Source: a virus
Taxonomy: Duplodnaviria; Heunggongvirae; Uroviricota; Caudoviricetes
Reading direction: 5' to 3' (one strand)
DNA: 53,871 bases
Virus record (IMG/VR): IMGVR_UViG_2718218453_000001
Location: 1-53,871 of that record
This document shows, piece by piece, positions 47,244 to 53,871 of the stretch (position 1 is its first letter; every line of letters starts with the position of its first letter). The position numbers and the translations under genes were made by a program. The notes under the pieces are model-generated. The model was not told where the DNA came from. It was given only the letters and a program-made list of their open reading frames with translations, and ran no database searches.

Positions 47244-50200
47244 TAATAACCTGCGCCTGCAGGTCATTCTTAATGCGGTTGACAAACTCACCCGCCCATT
47301 CCGTGCTGCACAGGCCAGTTCGAAAGAGTTGGTTGGCGCAATTCAGAATACCCGAAACAGCCTCAAAGAACTGAATAAGCAGGCTGGCAGAATTGATGAA
47401 TTTCGCAAGACGCGCTCGCAACTAGCCATAACAGCCAACAACCTGAACGCAGCCCGCGAAGAGGCGGCAAAACTCGCCACACAATTTGCTGCCACTAACA
47501 GGCCAACCGCCGCGCAGGCAAAGTTATTCAGTCAGGCCAAAACACGAGTACAGGAACTTCAGCAGACCTATAACGGCTTGTTGGGTGCGGTCCAGAGACA
47601 ACGTCAGGCACTTAAAGAATCAGGGATTGATACCAGACAACTCAGTAGTGCCCAGCGAGAACTTAAGAAAAATGCTGAAGAAACAAGGCAGGCACTGGAG
47701 GGCCAGCAAAAAGCACTTAAACGTCTGGGTGAACAACAGGCACGGATGAACGCTGCCAGAGAACAATACTCAAGACGGCTTGAAGTGCGCGATCGCATCG
47801 CAGGAGCCGGAGCCACTACCACGGCTGCAGGGCTGGCAATGGGTGCGACAGTGATGGCGGCAGTAAAAAGCTATACCAGCATGGAAGATGCCATGAAAGG
47901 TGTGGCAAAGCAGGTCAATGGTCTGCGTGACGATAATGGCAACCGCACTGCACGTTTTTATGAAATGCAGGATGCCATCAAGGCTGCCAGCGAACAGTTG
48001 CCGATGGAAAACGGTGCGGTGGACTTCGCTGCACTGGTTGAAGGAGGTGCGCGCATGAACGTCGCAAACCCTGACGACAGCTGGGAAGACCAGAAACGTG
48101 ACCTGCTGGCCTTCGCCAGTACGGCAGCAAAGGCGGCAACAGCCTTTGAGCTGCCAGCGGATGAACTGTCAGAAAGTCTGGGGAAAATCGCCCAGCTCTA
48201 CAAAATACCTACCCGCAATATTGAACAGCTCGGCGATGCGCTGAACTATCTGGATGATAACGCCATGTCGAAAGGGGCGGACATCATTGATGTGATGCAA
48301 CGTCTGGGCGGTGTGGCTGACCGTCTGGATTATCGTAAAGCGGCGGCATTGGGTTCCACCTTTCTGACACTGGGCGCTGCGCCGGAGGTTGCAGCCAGTG
48401 CAGCAAACGCGATGGTGCGTGAATTGTCCATTGCCACCATGCAAAGCAAGAGTTTCTTTGAAGGGATGAATCTGCTGAAACTCAATCCTGAAGTGATTGA
48501 AAAGCAGATGACGAAGGATGCGATGGGAACTATCCAGCGTGTGCTGGAGAAGGTGAACGCACTGCCGCAGGACAAGCGTCTGTCTGCCATGACCATGTTG
48601 TTTGGTAAAGAGTTTGGTGATGATGCGGCGAAACTGGCAAACAACCTTCCGGAACTGCAGCGCCAGCTAAAACTGACAGCGGGCAATGATGCGCTCGGTT
48701 CCATGCAGAAAGAATCCGACATCAACAAAGACTCACTTTCCGCTCAGTGGTTGCTGGTCAAAACCGGAACGCAGAACACCTTCAGCAGCCTGGGCGAAAC
48801 GCTGCGCCAGCCGCTGATGGATATTCTGTACACGGTGAAAAGCATTACGGGGGCGTTGCGCCGCTGGGTGGAAGCTAACCCGGAACTGACAGGCACACTG
48901 ATGAAAGTAGCGGCTGTTGTGGCTGCGGTTACCGTAGGCCTCGGCACCTTAGCGGTGGCGCTGGCTGCAGTGCTGGGGCCGCTGGCAGTGATCCGTCTGG
49001 GATTCTCTGTGCTGGGTATCAAAACGTTACCTTCCGTTACGGCAGCAGTAACTCGAACCAGCAGCGCGTGGTCCTGGCTGGCTGAAGCACCACTGGCACT
49101 GCTGCGACGCGGGCTTGCTTCATCAGGCAACGCCGCAGGTTTACTTACTGCGCCGTTGTCGTCTTTGCGCCGCACGGCATCACTGACGGGAAATGTCCTG
49201 AAAACTGTAGCTGGTGCGCCGGTTGCACTGTTGCGGTCTGGATTATCCGGTTTACGTGCGGTTGCTGTGATGTTTATGAATCCACTGGCAGCACTACGCG
49301 GCGGGCTGGCTGCCGCAGGCACGGTGCTGCGAGTACTGGCATCTGGTCCACTGGCGATGTTGCGCGTTGCCCTGTATGCCGTATCTGGTCTGTTAGGTGC
49401 TCTGCTTAGTCCGATAGGTCTTGTGGTTACTGCACTGGCGGGTGTGGCACTGGTTGTCTGGAAATACTGGCAACCCATCACCGCATTTCTCGGTGGCGTG
49501 GTGGAAGGATTCAAAGCGGCGGCAGGTCCCATCAGTGCAGCGTTCGAACCGCTTAAGCCTGTGTTCCAGTGGATTGGCGACAAAGTGCAGGCGCTATGGG
49601 GCTGGTTTACTGATCTGCTGACTCCCGTTAAGTCGACCTCTGCCGAACTGCAGAGCGCAGCGGCAATGGGGCGACGATTCGGGGAGGCACTGGCGGAAGG
49701 GCTGAATATGGTTATGCATCCGCTGGACTCCCTGAAATCCGGCGTTTCCTGGTTGCTGGATAAACTCGGCATTGTCAGTAAAGAGGCTGCAAAGGCGAAA
49801 CTGCCGGAAAGCGTGACGCGTCAGCAACCTGCGACGGTGAATGCAGACGGTAAAGTGATGATGCCATCGGGTGGTTTTCCGTCATGGGGATATGGCTTTG
49901 CGGGGATGTATGACAGCGGCGGCTATATCCCGCGCGGGCAGTTTGGCATCGTCGGTGAAAACGGGCCGGAAATTGTTAACGGCCCGGCAAATGTGACCAG
50001 CCGGAGAAATACAGCTGCACTGGCTGCCGTTGTTGCCGGAATGATGGGCGTTGCTGCCGCGCCTGCAGAGCTTCCACCGTTGCATCCTTTGGCACTTCCC
50101 GCGAAAGGCGGCGAAGCGATGGTGAGTCGTGCAGCCACTGTGCCGCCCGTTCAACGGATTGAGGCACCGATGCAGATCATCATTCAGACGCAGCCAGGAC

Positions 50201-50313
50201 AAAGTGCGCAGGATATTGCGCGGGAGGTGGCCCGCCAGCTTGATGAGCGTGAACGCAGGCTGAAGGCAAAAGCCAGGAGTAACTACAGCGATCAGGGGGG
50301 ATACGAAGCATGA
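47236..50313 (+). CDS. T: Tail tape measure protein gpT
   Basis: 1025 aa, Ala-rich helical, hydrophobic central region. Confidence 0.9.
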   Translation: MSDNNLRLQVILNAVDKLTRPFRAAQASSKELVGAIQNTRNSLKELNKQAGRIDEFRKTRSQLAITANNLNAAREEAAKLATQFAATNRPTAAQAKLFSQAKTRVQELQQTYNGLLGAVQRQRQALKESGIDTRQLSSAQRELKKNAEETRQALEGQQKALKRLGEQQARMNAAREQYSRRLEVRDRIAGAGATTTAAGLAMGATVMAAVKSYTSMEDAMKGVAKQVNGLRDDNGNRTARFYEMQDAIKAASEQLPMENGAVDFAALVEGGARMNVANPDDSWEDQKRDLLAFASTAAKAATAFELPADELSESLGKIAQLYKIPTRNIEQLGDALNYLDDNAMSKGADIIDVMQRLGGVADRLDYRKAAALGSTFLTLGAAPEVAASAANAMVRELSIATMQSKSFFEGMNLLKLNPEVIEKQMTKDAMGTIQRVLEKVNALPQDKRLSAMTMLFGKEFGDDAAKLANNLPELQRQLKLTAGNDALGSMQKESDINKDSLSAQWLLVKTGTQNTFSSLGETLRQPLMDILYTVKSITGALRRWVEANPELTGTLMKVAAVVAAVTVGLGTLAVALAAVLGPLAVIRLGFSVLGIKTLPSVTAAVTRTSSAWSWLAEAPLALLRRGLASSGNAAGLLTAPLSSLRRTASLTGNVLKTVAGAPVALLRSGLSGLRAVAVMFMNPLAALRGGLAAAGTVLRVLASGPLAMLRVALYAVSGLLGALLSPIGLVVTALAGVALVVWKYWQPITAFLGGVVEGFKAAAGPISAAFEPLKPVFQWIGDKVQALWGWFTDLLTPVKSTSAELQSAAAMGRRFGEALAEGLNMVMHPLDSLKSGVSWLLDKLGIVSKEAAKAKLPESVTRQQPATVNADGKVMMPSGGFPSWGYGFAGMYDSGGYIPRGQFGIVGENGPEIVNGPANVTSRRNTAALAAVVAGMMGVAAAPAELPPLHPLALPAKGGEAMVSRAATVPPVQRIEAPMQIIIQTQPGQSAQDIAREVARQLDERERRLKAKARSNYSDQGGYEA

Positions 50314-50795
50314 TGATGGTGCTGGGATTGTACGTGTTTATGCTGCGCACTGTGCCGTATCAGGAACTGCAGTATCAACGCAGCTGGCGACATGCGGCAA
50401 ACAGCCGGGTCAACCGACGTCCGTCCACGCAGTTTCTGGGACCAGACAACGACATGCTGACGCTTTCTGGTGTTCTTATGCCGGAGATAACGGGCGGCAG
50501 GCTGTCGTTGCTGGCTCTGGAGCAGATGGCAGAACAGGGAAAAGCATGGCCCCTGATTGAAGGCAGCGGCACGATTTACGGCATGTATGTGATTGAGGGA
50601 CTGAATCAGACTAAAACGGAGTTTTTCCGCGATGGTATGCCGCGCCGGATTGAGTTCACCCTGTCGCTCAAACGGGTGGATGAATCCCTGTCCGATATGT
50701 TCGGTGATCTCAGTGCGCAGCTGAATAATTTGCAGGATACGACAACGTCTGCCTTAAGCGATATCAGTAAAACGGTGGGAGGGCTGCTGTCGTGA
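50310..50795 (+). CDS. U: Tail protein gpU
   Basis: 161 aa. Confidence 0.85.
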   Translation: MMMVLGLYVFMLRTVPYQELQYQRSWRHAANSRVNRRPSTQFLGPDNDMLTLSGVLMPEITGGRLSLLALEQMAEQGKAWPLIEGSGTIYGMYVIEGLNQTKTEFFRDGMPRRIEFTLSLKRVDESLSDMFGDLSAQLNNLQDTTTSALSDISKTVGGLLS

Positions 50796-51892
50796 ATTTC
50801 AGCTCTGAACTGCTTAACAAAGGAAACAAAACTCCCGCATTCAGCATCAGTATTGAGGGGAAGGATATCACCACTGTGCTGGATAACCGCCTGATGAGTC
50901 TGACGCTGACGGACAATCGGGGCTTTGAAGCAGACCAGCTTGATCTGGAGCTGGACGACGCCGACGGAAAAATCGTGCTGCCGCGCCGTGGTGCGGTCAT
51001 TACGCTGGCGCTGGGGTGGAAGGGGCAGCCGCTTTTCCCGAAAGGGGCATTCACGGTGGACGAGATTGAACACACTGGCGCACCGGACCGCCTGACTATC
51101 CGGGCGCGAAGTGCTGATTTTCGGGAAACGCTGAATACCCGCCGCGAAAAATCGTGGCACAAGACCACTGTCGGGGAAGTGGTGAAGGAAATAGCCGTAC
51201 GTCACAAGCTGAAGATGGCACTGGGTAAAGACCTGTCGGATAAGCCCGTGGAGCATATAGACCAGACTAATGAGAGTGACGGTAGTTTTTTGATGCGGCT
51301 GGCGCGCCAGTACGGTGCTATTGCGTCGGTGAAAAATGGCAATCTGTTATTCATCCGGCAGGGACAGGGCAAAAGCGCCAGCGGTAAACCACTGCCGGTG
51401 ATCACTATCACGCGTAAGGACGGCGACAGTCACCGCTTTACCCTGGCAGATCGCGGAGCCTATACGGGCGTAATTGCCAGCTGGTTGCATACCCGCGAAC
51501 CCGCGAAGAAAGAAAGCACCACGGTGAAGCGTAAGCGCAGGACTAAGAAGCAGAAGAAAGAGCCGGAAGCGAAGCAGGGCGATTACCTGGTGGGTACGGA
51601 TGAAAACGTGCTGGTACTTAATCGCACTTATGCCAACCGGAGCAACGCCGAACGAGCGGCGAAAATGCAGTGGGAACGTCTGCAACGCGGTGTTGCGGCA
51701 TTCTCGCTACAACTGGCGGAAGGGCGGGCAGATCTCTACACGGAAATGCCAGTGAAAGTCAGTGGCTTTAAACAGCCGATAGATGATGCGGAATGGACCA
51801 TTACCACCCTGACACATACCGTCAGCCCGGATAACGGTTTTACAACCAGTATTGAACTCGAAGTGAGGATAAGTGATCTTGAAATGGAATAA
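50792..51892 (+). CDS. D: Tail protein gpD
   Basis: 366 aa. Confidence 0.9.
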   Translation: MNFSSELLNKGNKTPAFSISIEGKDITTVLDNRLMSLTLTDNRGFEADQLDLELDDADGKIVLPRRGAVITLALGWKGQPLFPKGAFTVDEIEHTGAPDRLTIRARSADFRETLNTRREKSWHKTTVGEVVKEIAVRHKLKMALGKDLSDKPVEHIDQTNESDGSFLMRLARQYGAIASVKNGNLLFIRQGQGKSASGKPLPVITITRKDGDSHRFTLADRGAYTGVIASWLHTREPAKKESTTVKRKRRTKKQKKEPEAKQGDYLVGTDENVLVLNRTYANRSNAERAAKMQWERLQRGVAAFSLQLAEGRADLYTEMPVKVSGFKQPIDDAEWTITTLTHTVSPDNGFTTSIELEVRISDLEME

Positions 51893-51963
51893 TGTGCTCT
51901 CAATATTGATATTTTGTGTATCATTGCAATGATTCTGATAGCAAAGGTAGGGATCTGGATATG

Positions 51964-52179
51964 ATGAATTGTCCAAAGTGTGGTCATGCGGCACACACAA
52001 GGAGCAGTTTTCAAGTAACTGAAAGCACCAAAGAGCGTTACTGCCAGTGCCAAAATATTAACTGCGGGAGCACTTTTGTTACCCATGAAACAGTGGTCCG
52101 GTTTATTGTGACACCCGCACTGATTGCTACTGCTCCTCCACATCCATTGCCAGGTGGTCAGGGGCATATGAATTTCTGA
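51964..52179 (+). CDS. ogr: Ogr-family zinc-finger late gene activator
   Basis: MNCPKCGHAAHTRSS...YCQCQNINCGSTF matches the Ogr zinc finger. Confidence 0.85.
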   Translation: MNCPKCGHAAHTRSSFQVTESTKERYCQCQNINCGSTFVTHETVVRFIVTPALIATAPPHPLPGGQGHMNF

Positions 52180-52205
52180 GAAAGAGAACCTGCTACGGCA
52201 GGTTT

Positions 52206-52688
52206 TTATTCATCTGGGATCTCACCCGTTTCAAGAAAATGTATAAAGCCAGGCTCATCTATGATGATCGTGCCTTTCATCCTGGCTGCCGATACTTTCG
52301 ATGGGCCTGCATTGTAACCGCAACAGAGCATCTGAAGGCTTTGGGTTACAGAGGCTCTTACCGTTAATCCTTGTTCATTCGCCTTATCAACCAATCTTTC
52401 TTTATCTGCTTTCTTAAATCCGGTGAAACACACATCGAATGTATTTTTTTTCGGACCAGACTGCTTAGTGAGATGTGAGTAGTTTTCGGGGAGGAATGAC
52501 GCGCATTCCTGAATGGCTTGTTCTGGTGAATCGTACTGTTTAAGAATGCGGTCTTTTCGGAAGGTTTTTATTCGATCGGTGTTCTTACAAATGCCCTGTA
52601 TATGATTTTCGCTATAACTGATGCTCTGTATTGAGTGAACACCGATACGACCATTTGCATTGATGTAAACAAAGTGAAGTTCTTCCAT
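52206..52688 (-). CDS. WYL-like plus BRCT-like domain protein (cargo between ogr and att)
   Basis: 160 aa; N-terminal HIQGICKNTDRIKTFRKDRI resembles WYL motif; C-terminal FDVCFTGFKKADKERL...GLTVRASVTQSLQMLCCG...IIIDEPGFIHFL resembles BRCT; AAGAGG RBS. Confidence 0.6.
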   Translation of the reverse strand: MEELHFVYINANGRIGVHSIQSISYSENHIQGICKNTDRIKTFRKDRILKQYDSPEQAIQECASFLPENYSHLTKQSGPKKNTFDVCFTGFKKADKERLVDKANEQGLTVRASVTQSLQMLCCGYNAGPSKVSAARMKGTIIIDEPGFIHFLETGEIPDE

Positions 52689-52714
52689 GTGAAACCTCTT
52701 TGCATGATTTCAAG

Positions 52715-52753
52715 ATGGCGACAGGCAAGATGGACGCAATAGTCTGTCGCCAT
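52715..52753. promoter_or_regulatory. Palindromic operator-like element upstream of WYL/BRCT gene
   Basis: Perfect 10-bp inverted repeat ATGGCGACAG / CTGTCGCCAT with 19-bp spacer, 27-65 nt upstream of the start codon. Confidence 0.4.
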
Positions 52754-52764
52754 TTTGCCGCCAC

Positions 52765-52803
52765 TACCAAAGAAAAAGGGGCTACGCTTTCACGTAACCC
52801 CTT
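52765..52803 (-). terminator. Rho-independent terminator of ssrA (phage-supplied)
   Basis: Minus-strand hairpin AAGGGG...CCCCTT followed by TTTTTCTTT; the same element is copied at 1483-1521. Confidence 0.7.
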
Positions 52804-52811
52804 GATTTATT

Positions 52812-53174
52812 TGGTGGAGCTGGCGGGAGTTGAACCCGCGTCCGAAATTCCTACATCCTCGGTACTACATGCTTAGTCAGTCTTTACATTCGCTTGCCAG
52901 CTGCGGACGGACACGCCACTAACAAACTAGCCTGATTAAGTTTTAACGCTTCAACCCCAGGCAGGGCTTCCACGCGATCTCTTTTGGGTTTGACCTCTCT
53001 TGATCCCCGTCCTAAGAGCGGAGGCTAGGGAGAGAGGGCTCTAAGCAGGTTATTAAGCTGCTAAAGCGTAGTTTTCGTCGTTTGCGACTATTTTTTGCGG
53101 CTTTTTACGAGGCCAACCGCCCCTCGGCATGCACCTTGGGTTTCGCAAATCCCGTCGAATCCAGAATCAGCCCC
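52812..53174 (-). ncRNA. ssrA: tmRNA (SsrA)
   Basis: Reverse complement gives GGGGCTGATTCTGGATTCGACGGG at the 5' end and ...GGACGCGGGTTCAACTCCCGCCAGCTCCACCA at the 3' end, matching the enterobacterial tmRNA sequence as recalled; 363 nt. Confidence 0.95.
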
Positions 53175-53388
53175 AATGTGTAAAGGTAAGTATACCAGAT
53201 TTATGAGCGCCATGACCAGCCTCAATGGCGTTATCGTTAAAGATTTAGCACCCATGTAGCCTGATTTTTATTCGATTAAGCAATGGGATGGCAACATTTG
53301 TGTCGGATGTGATAGCCAATAAGATGTTCATTCGCGCCGCCGGAGAGGGAGGCGCGGTGAGGAACTGGTCAATAATTGGAGTGCAGGT

Positions 53389-53871
53389 TTAACGGTGGGC
53401 GTTTTTCATGATACGTGCTTTATCCACCTGCCATTCGCGTTCTTTGATATCTGAACGTTTATCGTGCTGTTTTTTACCTTTGGCGACGCCGATTTTCACT
53501 TTGCACCAGGCATTTTTCCAGTACAGGGAGAGCGCCACTACGGTATAGCCTTCTCGATTGACGCGACCGTACAATGAGTCCAGTTCGCGTTGGTTGAGAA
53601 GTAACTTGCGGGTACGGGTAGGATCGCACACCACATGCGTGGAGGCCACGGCCATTGGCGTGATGTTAGCGCCAAACAGAAATGCCTCTCCGTCACGCAG
53701 AAGGACGTAGCTGTCGCTGATATTGGCTTTTCCTGCGCGCAGGGATTTAACCTCCCAGCCTTGCAGGGCAAGTCCCGCTTCGAACTCTTCTTCGATAAAG
53801 TATTCGTGACGGGCGCGCTTGTTAAGCGCGATGGTCGCTGAACCAGGTTTATGTGCTTTTTTCTTCGTCAT
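53389..53871 (-). CDS. smpB: SsrA-binding protein SmpB
   Basis: 160 aa, [51 protein letters not shown]... matches SmpB; upstream of ssrA on the same strand. Confidence 0.95.

Larger units (their letters stand above)
18129..52856. mobile_element. P2/186-like prophage integrated in ssrA
   Basis: Bounded by identical 45-bp cores; complete P2-type gene order (int, switch, A, cos, Q P O N M L X lysis R S V W J I H G FI FII E T U D ogr). Confidence 0.9.

Noticed and set aside
47604-50202. Long minus-strand ORFs (for example 48744-49772, 342 aa) inside the tape measure gene
   Set aside because: They are antisense to a well-supported GC-rich gene, with Pro/Ala/Ser/Arg-rich low-complexity translations typical of spurious antisense frames.
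52689-52760. LexA box upstream of the WYL/BRCT gene (expected by analogy with 186 tum)
   Set aside because: No CTGT-N8-ACAG match; the palindrome present is ATGGCGACAG-N19-CTGTCGCCAT, a different architecture.

Overview
This window is a tandem array of mobile elements inserted at the 3' end of the tmRNA gene ssrA, read from the sequence and the ORF track without any database search. smpB (53389-53871) and ssrA (52812-53174) lie on the minus strand at the right edge. (1) A complete P2/186-like prophage spans about 18129-52856: integrase, CI/Apl/CII switch, early operon with Dam methylase and replication protein A, LexA-box/DinI-like gene, a cos-like site, then portal, terminase, capsid, lysis, tail, E/E' frameshift, tape measure, D and Ogr, bounded by a 45-bp direct repeat of the ssrA 3' end. 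(2) A P4-like satellite spans about 5700-18173: P4-type integrase, alpha primase-helicase, AlpA, Sid/Psu/Delta, its own cos-like site and two iteron clusters. (3) Further left is a degraded island segment (disrupted autotransporter adhesin, invertase and IS fragments), a second att-like remnant at 1468-1560 and an AT-rich ORF at 1-1374. The core phage genes are GC-rich; AT-rich cargo cassettes sit at the variable loci and are the main interest. The strongest novelty candidate is a three-gene cassette next to the prophage cos site (28830-30708): an RsbW-like GHKL kinase/ATPase, a STAS-like small protein and a small membrane protein. Other cargo: a RES-like two-gene cassette between int and att (18259-20457), a TIR-like protein between S and V (39651-40451), a WYL+BRCT-like protein with a palindromic operator between ogr and att (52206-52753), and in the satellite a Hachiman-like nuclease/helicase operon (12640-16164) plus a HEPN-motif protein (16257-16715). 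All family assignments rest on motifs read by eye and need HMM or structure confirmation.
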